This document shows, in pieces, positions 38,463 to 47,760 of a stretch of 47,760 nt of DNA. Origin of the DNA: Thermoplasmatota archaeon. GTDB lineage: Archaea > Thermoplasmatota > E2 > DHVEG-1. The stretch is from contig JAFGDG010000049.1 of assembly GCA_016932245.1 (NCBI GenBank), forward strand, positions 1-47,760. Direction: 5' to 3'. Below the pieces are notes generated by a model, which was not told the DNA's origin, searched no databases, and worked only from the letters and a program-made list of their open reading frames with translations. The first letter of the stretch is position 1, and every line of letters begins with the position of its first letter. The position numbers and the translations under genes are program-made.

Positions 38463-40301
38463 TTACTTTTTTCTAAACAGTCCGCCCTTTTTTCCTTGTG
38501 TTACATAGTATTGGCACCCTTGACTCATCGGACATTTTGAACATGTCGGGTCTTTTTCATGGCAAAAGGTTCTTCCCAGTTTTGCCAGTGATTCTAGATA
38601 TTTGTAGACGTTTTCCTTCATTTTTTCCGCTTCTTTTGATAATATCTGGATCGTTTCTTCAGGGTCATCAGTGGAAACCCATCCAAGTCTCTTTGCCACT
38701 CGATTGACGTTCTTTGCCTTATCCGTAAATGCCTCTTCTTTTTTTGGTGGCGGAGAGGGGGAGGACGATCTCTGCACCTGAGGTGGTGGTGGCATCTTAG
38801 GAATTTTTGGTGTATAGGTGGTATCAGTGCCTCCTTTAAAGATGTCTACGGAGCGTCCACCATGGCTCGTTTCTCTTGTACGAATTTCCGTCATGATGGG
38901 AATTTGAAGCGAGGCACCAGAAATCAGAGCAACGCCTATGGCAAGGCGCTGGATCTCATCATACGTTTGGCTGGTGAGTCCTTCTACAGATTGAATGATG
39001 GCCTTCAAGTCATTGGGGTTTGTAACTTTAAGAATGATGTTGGTGTTACACTGAGAGATAATATTTTTATCCACTTTTGCAGGACGCTGACTTACGATGC
39101 AGAGCCCCATACCAAATTTTCTTCCCTCCGAGGCAACCGTTCGTAGGATATTTGAGGATACGGCATTACCAAACCCTCGTTCCGGACAATAGTTGTGCGC
39201 TTCTTCAACGATAAGTAAGAAGGGTGGAATTTTTCCTGATTTCCGCTGATCGAACAATTCTTTAGTAAGTCGAGCTACTACCACATCTTGTACATCGGGC
39301 GGTACCCCTTTCATATTAATGATTGAACATTTGCCCTTTTTCACCAGCTCATCCGGGGAGGTACCTTCTTCTGAGAATACCCCAATCGAATCAAGCGATT
39401 CAAGCGATGCGATAACATTCCATCGCGCGTTGCTTTTACTTCTGTTAACCGCTTCAATGATATCTCTGATAGTATAGGTGCTTTTGTATTCCTTCAACTC
39501 TTTTATTGCTTGGTAAAGCACGCCAATTTGAGGACCAGAAAGCTTTGCAGAGAGAATATCAATAATCTCCCGGGCTTCGAGATTGACACCATTCAGCGTA
39601 ATATGTTTTACATTTGCCTTTGAGTGTGGCGAGTATTCTGTAATTTGACTGCTGTAATGGTTCTGCTTGACGTTGAATTTTTGCATGTTTTTTTGTTCTT
39701 TTTTATCTTTGTTGGGCTTTGTCAAAGAAATGTATTCTCCATGCGTATCGATAACGACCATAGGTACCTTTTTCTTGAGTAGTTCCTCAACAAGAACTCC
39801 ACAGGCGTAGCTTTTGCCGCCACCCGTCTTGGCAAGAATACAGATATGCTTTTGAACAAGTGCGTCAATGTTCAGGAACACAGGGAGACTATGTCCTTTG
39901 AGAAGGCCAATATAGGCGCCACTCTCTTTGTTAGCATTGAGGCCCAACACGTGTCTGATTAAACCTTCATCAGCACGTATAATTCTGCCGCCAGTGTTAA
40001 ATGGCGTTCGAGGAACTTGCAGCACCCCTCGTTTGTCTCGATAGCCTATGACACCAGCAAATGCGGAAACATCACTTTTAACATGAGGCGTTTCCTCTTG
40101 GTATTTCTGAGTGATTGCATCCTCAAATTTTAAATCAGAATATCGTTTAATATCCATGACTTGTGCTAAAATATAGCCTTCCTTATGAGGCGCGGAAATA
40201 TAATCAAATTTTCGTACACTCTGGCCATTGACTGCGAAGTTAAACTCCGTTGATCCTATGTCTCCGTATATTACGCCAACAAATTCGTCTTTCTGTTGCA
40301 T
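38463..40301 (-). CDS. HerA/FtsK-superfamily ATPase (HAS barrel + DUF87) with Pro-rich linker and C-terminal endonuclease III-like [4Fe-4S] module
   Basis: H..ILAKTGGGKS, D.HGEY, VEEAHNY.P, EGRKFG and SQRP; C-terminal C-x6-C-x2-C-x5-C; start reassigned to ATG 40301. Confidence 0.88.
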   Translation of the reverse strand: MQQKDEFVGVIYGDIGSTEFNFAVNGQSVRKFDYISAPHKEGYILAQVMDIKRYSDLKFEDAITQKYQEETPHVKSDVSAFAGVIGYRDKRGVLQVPRTPFNTGGRIIRADEGLIRHVLGLNANKESGAYIGLLKGHSLPVFLNIDALVQKHICILAKTGGGKSYACGVLVEELLKKKVPMVVIDTHGEYISLTKPNKDKKEQKNMQKFNVKQNHYSSQITEYSPHSKANVKHITLNGVNLEAREIIDILSAKLSGPQIGVLYQAIKELKEYKSTYTIRDIIEAVNRSKSNARWNVIASLESLDSIGVFSEEGTSPDELVKKGKCSIINMKGVPPDVQDVVVARLTKELFDQRKSGKIPPFLLIVEEAHNYCPERGFGNAVSSNILRTVASEGRKFGMGLCIVSQRPAKVDKNIISQCNTNIILKVTNPNDLKAIIQSVEGLTSQTYDEIQRLAIGVALISGASLQIPIMTEIRTRETSHGGRSVDIFKGGTDTTYTPKIPKMPPPPQVQRSSSPSPPPKKEEAFTDKAKNVNRVAKRLGWVSTDDPEETIQILSKEAEKMKENVYKYLESLAKLGRTFCHEKDPTCSKCPMSQGCQYYVTQGKKGGLFRKK

Positions 40302-40329
40302 CCAAACCGATAATAAAGAGAAGGTGTAA

Positions 40330-41139
40330 TTATAGTTTTTGTAATTTTTTCCCCATTTTTTTAGGAAGATTTGCAAGTGTCATTAGTGCCTCGATTTCCA
40401 AAAAATGAAGCTTGCCAGGAACCACCAGGGTATGGAGTGGCGGTCCGAACTCATTGCCCACTAGGGCAGTGATGCGGTCGGCAGCAAGTACCGGTTTAGA
40501 TGACCCTGCACGACCTACCACACATATGGCTGTGTCGGGAGTAATAATGTTTTTTCTTTCTTTTTCTTCCATCTCCAACAAAAGCTTCATTCCTTCGTTA
40601 GCAGTCATATACTGTTCTTTTTCTGTTTGGATGTCCAGAAGAATAAGTGTGTGTAACCCCATGTTTTTATTGTCAGCAATAACATGGTAAGGGCTGGTCG
40701 GGAAATACTGCTTTTCAGGATAGGCAATTGTTGTTGTCCGTCCAAACTTATAATTTTGTAATCCTAAAAGACCAGGCACAGCAGTTGCAATACTACTTCC
40801 ATGGATGACCCTTGTTGGTATGCCCTGTTGTTCGGCCCGTAGTCGTAAATCGACATGTGTTGTTGCCGTCATAGGGTCTCCACAGACCAGCAATGCTACC
40901 TTATTGTTTGTAGCGGTGTTTAGAATCACATCTCCTTTTTCGGTTTCTGTCCTTGATAACACGTGTATTGATTTTCCCATGTTGTGTTCTAACTTAGTAA
41001 TGGTTGTGCCACTTAATTTTGCCGTATAAAATTCAGCAAAGACAGTATCACACAATTTAAGGATTTCAAACCCTTTGAGTGAAATGTCCTGTTCATCATA
41101 GAGACCAAGACCAATAAATACTAAGCTACCTGTTTCCAT
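40330..41139 (-). CDS. dph5: Diphthine synthase
   Basis: FIGLGL.DE.DIS.KG, EFYT, GDPM.ATTH.DL, GLQNYKFGRT, HTL.LLDI and GPPLH motifs. Confidence 0.96.
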   Translation of the reverse strand: METGSLVFIGLGLYDEQDISLKGFEILKLCDTVFAEFYTAKLSGTTITKLEHNMGKSIHVLSRTETEKGDVILNTATNNKVALLVCGDPMTATTHVDLRLRAEQQGIPTRVIHGSSIATAVPGLLGLQNYKFGRTTTIAYPEKQYFPTSPYHVIADNKNMGLHTLILLDIQTEKEQYMTANEGMKLLLEMEEKERKNIITPDTAICVVGRAGSSKPVLAADRITALVGNEFGPPLHTLVVPGKLHFLEIEALMTLANLPKKMGKKLQKL

Positions 41140-41234
41140 AGCACTCTTAAATCCTTAAAGAGGGTGCCTATAAAAAGGGTTTGTTTTACCTTTGTCCTTA
41201 GGTATATAAACATCTCCTTTCATTACAGCCTGAT

Positions 41235-42185
41235 ATGCTCTCTATTGAACTATCCATCCCTGCATTTATTGCTGGCGTTGCTCTCCTTTACAAAGGATCG
41301 GACATTCTTGTCGATGGAACTTCAAAAACTGCAGCGCGATTAGGGGTCTCCACCCTTATTATCTCACTTGTTATTGTCGCTTTTGGCACGTCAGCACCAG
41401 AATTCGCTATTTCTGTTGGAGCTGCAGTACAACACAACGCGGGCATTTCGCTAGGAAACATTATCGGATCTTGTATTGCTAATCTACTGTTAGTCATTGG
41501 ACTCAGTGCAATTATCCGTCCTATTCGTGTCAATAAAAGCATCATCAAGCGAGAGATGCCCATCTTGTTGATAGTAACGGTGATGTTTCTAGTGGTCACT
41601 CTCCTCGGCCTTCTTGACACCTTTCATTTCATAGGTAGCGCTATCTTTCTTGTTTCATTTGCTCTCTTTATTGCCTATTTTATTCGATGCGCAAAAAAAG
41701 AACGTACCACAAAAAATACTTACAACGATGGAAAAACTATCAAAAATACACTTTTCGTTATTTTCGGCATCCTTGGTGTTGTTATTGGAGCATGGTTACT
41801 TATTGAATCAGCAACCTGCATCGCTGATTTTTTCGGCATCCCAGCAATTATTATTGCGCTTTCGATGGTTGCAATTGGCACTTCTCTTCCAGAACTTGTG
41901 GTCTCTGCCATGGCTGCCTACAAAGAAGAGTCAGATATTGCAGTAGGAAACGTTCTGGGATCAAATGTGTTTAATATCTTACTTATTTTGGGCGTTGGTA
42001 CTCTTTTTATCCCTCTTGATGCCCTTGGATCGCTTGATCATATTGTTTTTCTTTTAGCGGTTACTATTTTTATGATTCCCATTCTCTTTTCAGGCCATAA
42101 CATTTCGAGGGTTGAAGGGGGCGTACTTCTAGCATTATATGTCATATATATTGTGTACACTTTTCGATTCATGCTTTTTTTGTAA
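41235..42185 (+). CDS. Ca2+/Na+ antiporter (CaCA, YrbG-type)
   Basis: Two alpha repeats: GTSAPE...GNIIGS and GTSLPE...GNVLGSN. Confidence 0.93.
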   Translation: MLSIELSIPAFIAGVALLYKGSDILVDGTSKTAARLGVSTLIISLVIVAFGTSAPEFAISVGAAVQHNAGISLGNIIGSCIANLLLVIGLSAIIRPIRVNKSIIKREMPILLIVTVMFLVVTLLGLLDTFHFIGSAIFLVSFALFIAYFIRCAKKERTTKNTYNDGKTIKNTLFVIFGILGVVIGAWLLIESATCIADFFGIPAIIIALSMVAIGTSLPELVVSAMAAYKEESDIAVGNVLGSNVFNILLILGVGTLFIPLDALGSLDHIVFLLAVTIFMIPILFSGHNISRVEGGVLLALYVIYIVYTFRFMLFL

Positions 42186-42232
42186 TACACCATCAAACTC
42201 TATAAATAGGATTTAGGTGTTCCAGGATTTCA

Positions 42233-43162
42233 ATGGATCGCGATACAAACAAACAGAGTAGTGACATACTTCCTATTGCCGTTATGGGGTGTTTATTTGT
42301 TGTTATCCATGTTCTTGCGCTACTGGTAATTGGCCCTTTTGAAGCAGCTGGCGTAGAGCCCGCTTTTGAAAACCCTGATGATCCTATGAATCTTGTCTAT
42401 TTCTTCGTCATCATTCTGGCCATGACTGCAATTATTCTTGTCATTGCAAAATATTGGAAAAAACAAGTCATTCAAGCCATTATTCTTGGGGCAATAGGGT
42501 ATACATCATGGTACGTCTTTTACCCTCTTTTAACACTTCTCATTCCCGACCTTTTTGCGTTGGTCTTTGCCGTGATATTTGCACTCCTGCTTATTGTCAC
42601 TCTCTATAAATTTCCAGAATGGTATGTCATTGATATCAGCGGTGTTATTGTAGGCGCTGGCGCTATTGCTATCTTTGGCATCTCTTTAGGTGTTCTCCTC
42701 GTTGTTATTTTGTTAATAGGTCTTGCTATCTATGATGCCATATCAGTCTATAAAACCAAACATATGATTGATCTCGCTGATACGGTCATGGATTTGAAAC
42801 TACCCGTACTTTTGGTCGTTCCCAAAAGACGACATTATTCTCTTATCAAGGAGACAAAACGATTGAAAGAACAACTCAAAGAAGGCGAAGAGCGTGATGC
42901 CTTTTTCATGGGATTGGGTGATATTGTGATGCCTGGTATTTTGGTTGCTGCTGTGTATTATACGGGAACACCGCACACCCTCGCTATCGCATTATCGGTA
43001 ATAGTAGGCACCTTAGTTGGTTTTAGTATGTTAATGACGTTTGTTATAAAAGGAAAACCACAGGCAGGACTTCCCTTGCTCTGTGGCGGTGCTATTGGTG
43101 GTTACCTTATCTCGAGCTATCTATTTGCAGGTGAATTGGTCGGTTTAATATTACCTTTCTAA
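42233..43162 (+). CDS. Presenilin-family intramembrane aspartyl protease (PSH)
   Basis: YDAISVYKTKHM, FMGLGD (GxGD) and PQAGLP motifs; multi-TM. Confidence 0.93.
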   Translation: MDRDTNKQSSDILPIAVMGCLFVVIHVLALLVIGPFEAAGVEPAFENPDDPMNLVYFFVIILAMTAIILVIAKYWKKQVIQAIILGAIGYTSWYVFYPLLTLLIPDLFALVFAVIFALLLIVTLYKFPEWYVIDISGVIVGAGAIAIFGISLGVLLVVILLIGLAIYDAISVYKTKHMIDLADTVMDLKLPVLLVVPKRRHYSLIKETKRLKEQLKEGEERDAFFMGLGDIVMPGILVAAVYYTGTPHTLAIALSVIVGTLVGFSMLMTFVIKGKPQAGLPLLCGGAIGGYLISSYLFAGELVGLILPF

Positions 43163-43167
43163 CAGAA

Positions 43168-44139
43168 TTAATACGTGGTTTTATGCCCGCAGTGCTCGCA
43201 CCAAATCTTTCTGTCAAAATGATTGAGCGGATTCTTACATTTCGGGCATACGGTCTTTTCAAGAAAATGCTCAATCCAAATGTCACGGTTTTGCGGGATG
43301 GTTTCTGCTTCAATTTTCTTCAGCATTTGCTGAAGCTCAGGGGTTGTTGCCAGTTTTTGAAGAGATGAAAAATCAATCTTTTTCCCTTGGTGAGGGGCAA
43401 ATGAATCGTAGTATATGGTTTGTCCTTGTGTTGTGTGCGTCTTTCTTTTTCTCAGTAAAAGAGCGGCAAGGATAAACCCGCCAATTAATCCCCCAAGATG
43501 AGCAAAATGAGCAGTGGTGTCTTCAACGCCAACATAAACAATAATTGTTTCAAATGCTGCAAAAAGAATCACCGCATAAATGACCTTTATTCTCATGATT
43601 AACATGATGCCAATCGGCACAGGCATCACTACCTCATCTCTTGGGTAGGAGAAAGCAAACGCTCCCATAATCCCAAAAATGGCGCCTGACGCACCAATTA
43701 ATACCGTTACCGATCCTAAATTGACGAGCGAATGAGTAAGTGTGCCACATATCCCCGCAAGAAGATAAATTATAATAAAGTTCTTCCACCCAACACGCTG
43801 CTCAAATGCCGTACCAATAAAAAAGAAGATGAACATATTCCCAAAGAGATGAAGGAATCCTCCATGAATAAACATCGATGTGAAGAGTGTATAGAGCTGA
43901 GGGATCTGTTCGACAGACAGATATCCTGGCCGAAATCCAAGATCTACCACGAGCATACTTATGTTTCCAAATGGCGTCTGGTATTGGAAGAGTAAGGTCA
44001 AAATAAAGACGATAACATTTGCAATAATCAGGGCATAGGCCATCATCCATTTTTTCAAGTAGGCAACAACAAGTGTTCCCGCCATAATAACAATAGCAAT
44101 GACCGATATTGGTTCTATAGGGATAACTGTCAACTCCAT
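43168..44139 (-). CDS. Rhomboid intramembrane serine protease with C-terminal Zn ribbon
   Basis: TSMFIHGG..HLFGNM, GASGA, AHFAHLGG; CPKC-x12-CEHC at the C-terminus. Confidence 0.93.
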   Translation of the reverse strand: MELTVIPIEPISVIAIVIMAGTLVVAYLKKWMMAYALIIANVIVFILTLLFQYQTPFGNISMLVVDLGFRPGYLSVEQIPQLYTLFTSMFIHGGFLHLFGNMFIFFFIGTAFEQRVGWKNFIIIYLLAGICGTLTHSLVNLGSVTVLIGASGAIFGIMGAFAFSYPRDEVVMPVPIGIMLIMRIKVIYAVILFAAFETIIVYVGVEDTTAHFAHLGGLIGGFILAALLLRKRKTHTTQGQTIYYDSFAPHQGKKIDFSSLQKLATTPELQQMLKKIEAETIPQNRDIWIEHFLEKTVCPKCKNPLNHFDRKIWCEHCGHKTTY

Positions 44140-47100
44140 TGTCGTTTTCTCCAGTCACGTGCAATGATTGCAAAAGTCATAGTAAATAGCATGGTAATAT
44201 AAATAGTGTTTTTCTGACTTTCTACCGTCAACGTGGTAATTGGAGGGTCTCGTTCAGTAAGATGCCAGTCATAATAAAATACCTCTGCATAGTACTGAGC
44301 AACTTCCTCATGTTCAATAATAATCCCTGCTTCTCTATTTCTGGTCACAGAATTTTCGTTCCAATTGATGCTCGAAATCAACACAGAGCGATTATCAACA
44401 ATCATGCCTTTATTATGAACATTAGTGAAGTATGACCAATTAGTATAGAGAAACTTCACGCTAATATTATGCTGTTCAAGATGCTGCTTTGTCTGATTGC
44501 ATTTGTCATTAGAGGCCTCATAATACGGATTATAGTTCAGTATAACGTTAATCTGAACTCCTTCGTTTGCTTTTTTGATTAACCGTTCAACAAAAGGACT
44601 GATGCGCGCTCCCCACTCCTTGTACACATATAATTGCTCAATTAAGATACTTTCATTTGCGCTTTCTATCAGATTACAAATCGCCTCGAGACTGGTATCG
44701 GGGGAAAAGACAGGTGTGACAGAAAAAGAACCTGTTACTGTTTTTGAGACAAACTGCGGCTCATAGGAACCAGTAAAAATCGTCTTATCTACAAAAAACT
44801 CAACAGGAATGTCGATAGGCATATCTTTTAATGCATAACTGTCGCATCGGGCGGGATTCCAATCATCCAAAAAGACGGAGAGAAAATAGCGAGCGACACT
44901 TTCATTTCTGACGATAATGCCCCATTCTCTATTTCCAAATGAAGGATTTGGCGGTATGCCTGTTTTTGCCCAATTACAGCTTTCGACAATCACGGTTTCA
45001 TTATCAATAACAAGATATTTTCCATGATCGAAGGTGTAGCGAGCATAGACGTTTTTTTCCGCATCATTGACAATGAACCGGATTTTACCGCCGTATTGTG
45101 CAATTCGTTCCAAGAGTACAAACTCTCTATCAGATATGCCACTAATGGGAGATCCTTCAAGAAAGATATGGACAGCAACACCTCTTTTGAGTGCGTTAAT
45201 GAGTTCGTCACAAAGAAACGGATGCGTAAATTCATAGATATTAAAATAAATTGATTGCTGTGCATTTCGAATTTCATTAACAAGAGCATCATAACTACAA
45301 TCCGGTGATACAAACGTTGTTATTTCCCCATAACAAGAAAGACGTGTATAGGGAAACATCGATTGTCCTATTTGATAGCGTCGAGCATTCTCCCAATCCC
45401 TTGAGGTATTGGTATCGATTGGTGTTCCGCTCCAATCAGTATTACGTTTGAGTATAACACCCCTCCCGGAAGATAGAATGGACGGTCCATTCCATCCTTC
45501 TCCAGTATAGAGTGAATTCCCGTAAACAACAAGATCTATCGTATGATTGTACCAATCCTTGAGAGCCACTTCACCGCCAGTGTTACTTAGTGTAACGGTC
45601 TTGGTAACATTCATCTGAGGAATGCTTTCATCCGCATCAACTGCATATTCAAAATCTGCTGTTTCTCCTGTTTGCCACAAGTAGTCACTTGCATTTTGTG
45701 TAATATAGAGCCAGGTTTTTGATGGTAAATAAGTGTCCTTGGGGAAGATGAGTTTTGGTTGGCTTCCTTGTTGTTTTGCTGGCCGATGAGTAAGATACCA
45801 TCCTGTTAGGTTAATGCTATCGTTGGTTGGGTTATAGAGAGCGACAAATTCATTTTTTATGTTTGGATACGTATGATAATACAGCTCGCCAATTATCAGT
45901 TTCCTGCTTTGTGGTGGTGGAAGTGAATCAAAGATAATAATCGGTACCATCAATTCGTTGTTGTCTTTATTGAGTTCATCATGGAAGTTATCTTCTTCTG
46001 CGACCACGTAAATAGTGTGCTCACCGGCTGAAATACCTTTCGTATCCCACACTACCGAAGGATATTTCTGATAGGTTTCAATACTATCATATCCCTTTGT
46101 TCCAATCAGATGATTATCATCCTTTTTATCATAATAAAAAGAAACCGTGGCGTTTGTGGCGTTTTCGTTACCAACATTTTTACAAAATGCTTTTATCCGT
46201 AGCATTTCGCCCTCACTGAAACTGGTCCGTTGTTCACCTTCAGAATCATAGAACTTTACGGTAGTCACATTGAGATCTGGTCCGAGGAGTTCAAAAGAAA
46301 GCGTTAGTTCATCACGTTCTCCCGGGTCTGTTACCGAGGTGGCAGAAAGAGAGACCGTTCCATATCTTTCGTTAGTACTTGAACGATGGGATACATGTAA
46401 ACAAATCTTTCTTTCCTCTTGTGGGTCTAACGAAAGAGAATGAGGTAGAAGATCAACAATCCATCCTGGCGAACTATCATTGATAGCCATCGTAACGACA
46501 TCAGAAAAATCACCGGTGTTTTTGACAGAAACAAAAACATCAAGCTCTGCATGCTTTTTCATAAGGTGGTGTGCGTTAGGTGCATGCATGTCAAGAGCAT
46601 ATCTCCCCTGTCGTATCGTGACGTTCTCTATGGTTTGGAATGTTGTTCCGGTGTTATCAAAAAACTCCAATGTGTACCCGTTTCCGACAGGTCCGGTGAT
46701 GCGATAATATCCCGGTGATGAACAAAATCCCTCCTCTATCTGATTATCCTCAGTTGCATATATGCCTGCATATGCACCTGCATATGCTGCTGTGTTATTT
46801 TTCAAAACAATATGGGTGTTGTCAAGTGTTGTTAGATTAAACGTAGCAACGCCAACAACGTACCCTCCCGCTGTGCCATTGGATGAGGAATCATCAAGAT
46901 CAAGTAACAAAACCTGTTGAGAATGAGAATAGGTGATGTTTTCTGTTTTTACTTTTAACCAAAGATATGCAGTTGTATTTTTCCTAATGGCGCGCTGGTA
47001 TTCTTTGTAGTTGCTGTTGAATCGGAGATATACCCAATCTGACCAGTTCCCCTGCGAATCCGTTGTTATGGTCGAAGTGTAATAATTTGAATATTTCCAA

Positions 47101-47760
47101 GATTCACCGTTCCATGTCTGGGTTGCTGGTAGAGTGCTTGTGCTGCTGCCTGTCACATATGCTTTGAGTTGGTAGGTGGTATTCGGACCGCCATTGGTTA
47201 TTTCTGCACATACCCCAAAGGGAAAACTGAACGATGACACATTGTATACTTTTGGAAGATAACAGGGATATTGCGTCATGTTTATTTTCGGTTTTTGGGT
47301 AAACACGTTTTCTAATCCAGGAGTGGGAGTATATTGTTCAAAGAAATCAGAAAGAGTGTTGTCGGTATCTCTGCCGTGATGTCTTGCCAATGAGTGGCCT
47401 TCGATAACTACCAACGCAGGTGATCCAGGAACCTCAGTATAGTTGTATCCCCATTCCATAGCATCAATAATTGCTCCTGTTGCATTTTTTAGTATCAATT
47501 TGTCTGCGTTATTACTTAACCCGTTACCAATGCTTGCATCATCGACATAGAGCCGCGTCACATTAGCAGGAATGGAAAAATTCCCATCTATCTGTGTTCC
47601 ATGATCGGCAATAATTGCATATCCTTTAGAGGGTATGATGGTGGTGCCGTTTCCGTGGTCAAAATCCCCTTCAAGATAATCTTCAGCAGTATTATCAGCA
47701 ATGCTCCAACCAGAAAGGTTAATGGAATAGTTGGTGGGATTGTAAAGTTCGATCCATTCA
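44130..47760 (-). CDS. Large surface phospholipase D-family protein (lamin-tail domains, Ig/CARDB, two HKD motifs, C-terminal TM anchor); 5' end beyond window
   Basis: Frame open to the window edge (EWIELYNPTN..INLSGW); second LTD EFVALYNPT...INLTGW; PDL.V...E.N..NN CARDB; HGKYLVID and HNKGMIVD; terminal TM plus RKR. Confidence 0.9.
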   Translation of the reverse strand, partial: EWIELYNPTNYSINLSGWSIADNTAEDYLEGDFDHGNGTTIIPSKGYAIIADHGTQIDGNFSIPANVTRLYVDDASIGNGLSNNADKLILKNATGAIIDAMEWGYNYTEVPGSPALVVIEGHSLARHHGRDTDNTLSDFFEQYTPTPGLENVFTQKPKINMTQYPCYLPKVYNVSSFSFPFGVCAEITNGGPNTTYQLKAYVTGSSTSTLPATQTWNGESWKYSNYYTSTITTDSQGNWSDWVYLRFNSNYKEYQRAIRKNTTAYLWLKVKTENITYSHSQQVLLLDLDDSSSNGTAGGYVVGVATFNLTTLDNTHIVLKNNTAAYAGAYAGIYATEDNQIEEGFCSSPGYYRITGPVGNGYTLEFFDNTGTTFQTIENVTIRQGRYALDMHAPNAHHLMKKHAELDVFVSVKNTGDFSDVVTMAINDSSPGWIVDLLPHSLSLDPQEERKICLHVSHRSSTNERYGTVSLSATSVTDPGERDELTLSFELLGPDLNVTTVKFYDSEGEQRTSFSEGEMLRIKAFCKNVGNENATNATVSFYYDKKDDNHLIGTKGYDSIETYQKYPSVVWDTKGISAGEHTIYVVAEEDNFHDELNKDNNELMVPIIIFDSLPPPQSRKLIIGELYYHTYPNIKNEFVALYNPTNDSINLTGWYLTHRPAKQQGSQPKLIFPKDTYLPSKTWLYITQNASDYLWQTGETADFEYAVDADESIPQMNVTKTVTLSNTGGEVALKDWYNHTIDLVVYGNSLYTGEGWNGPSILSSGRGVILKRNTDWSGTPIDTNTSRDWENARRYQIGQSMFPYTRLSCYGEITTFVSPDCSYDALVNEIRNAQQSIYFNIYEFTHPFLCDELINALKRGVAVHIFLEGSPISGISDREFVLLERIAQYGGKIRFIVNDAEKNVYARYTFDHGKYLVIDNETVIVESCNWAKTGIPPNPSFGNREWGIIVRNESVARYFLSVFLDDWNPARCDSYALKDMPIDIPVEFFVDKTIFTGSYEPQFVSKTVTGSFSVTPVFSPDTSLEAICNLIESANESILIEQLYVYKEWGARISPFVERLIKKANEGVQINVILNYNPYYEASNDKCNQTKQHLEQHNISVKFLYTNWSYFTNVHNKGMIVDNRSVLISSINWNENSVTRNREAGIIIEHEEVAQYYAEVFYYDWHLTERDPPITTLTVESQKNTIYITMLFTMTFAIIARDWRKRQWS
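46765..46788. repeat. 12-bp in-frame tandem duplication (encodes AYAG-AYAG)
   Basis: CCTGCATATGC at 46765-46775 and 46777-46787. Confidence 0.6.

Noticed and set aside
38463-40301. HerA as an anti-phage defence system (Sir2-HerA or HerA-DUF4297 type)
   Set aside because: No adjacent effector nuclease or sirtuin; embedded among housekeeping genes
1-47760. CRISPR arrays, IS elements, prophage genes, rRNA
   Set aside because: No regularly spaced repeats, transposase/integrase/capsid ORFs or rRNA-sized gaps seen

Overview
A 47.8 kb gene-dense window of archaeal chromosome, inferred to be Thermoplasmatota/Euryarchaeota-like from PolD, MCM, aEF-2, Dph5, archaeosortase A, presenilin homologue and 7S SRP RNA. 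It is mostly core genome. In order: a truncated Asp-box beta-propeller gene; tyrS and purB; a small AT-rich patch of membrane proteins with tRNA T-arm-like remnants; a folate cluster (purN-folC-two small ORFs-standalone FolP N-terminal domain-folP-arsM); trm1, NTPase and pssA-psd-artA; a 10-gene Mrp/Mbh membrane module (A-I, M) with no hydrogenase J/K/L/N genes; thyX-ribD-like-Mut7-C; DP1-DP2-ORF-SRP RNA-mcm; rps12-rps7-fusA; a HisKA_7TM kinase with two standalone receivers; dph5-HerA-like ATPase-transglutaminase lipoprotein; a Ca2+/Na+ antiporter, presenilin, rhomboid and a large lamin-tail/CARDB/phospholipase D surface protein running off the end. I saw no transposase, integrase, CRISPR array, intact tRNA or rRNA. 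The best leads are (1) a HerA/FtsK-type ATPase fused to an endonuclease III-type [4Fe-4S] module, (2) a free-standing homologue of the Helicobacter FolP N-terminal dihydropteroate-reductase domain within an apparently DHFR-independent folate cluster, (3) the 'headless' Mbh operon and (4) a rhomboid translationally coupled to a tail-anchored PLD. All calls come from motif recognition by eye; no searches were run.
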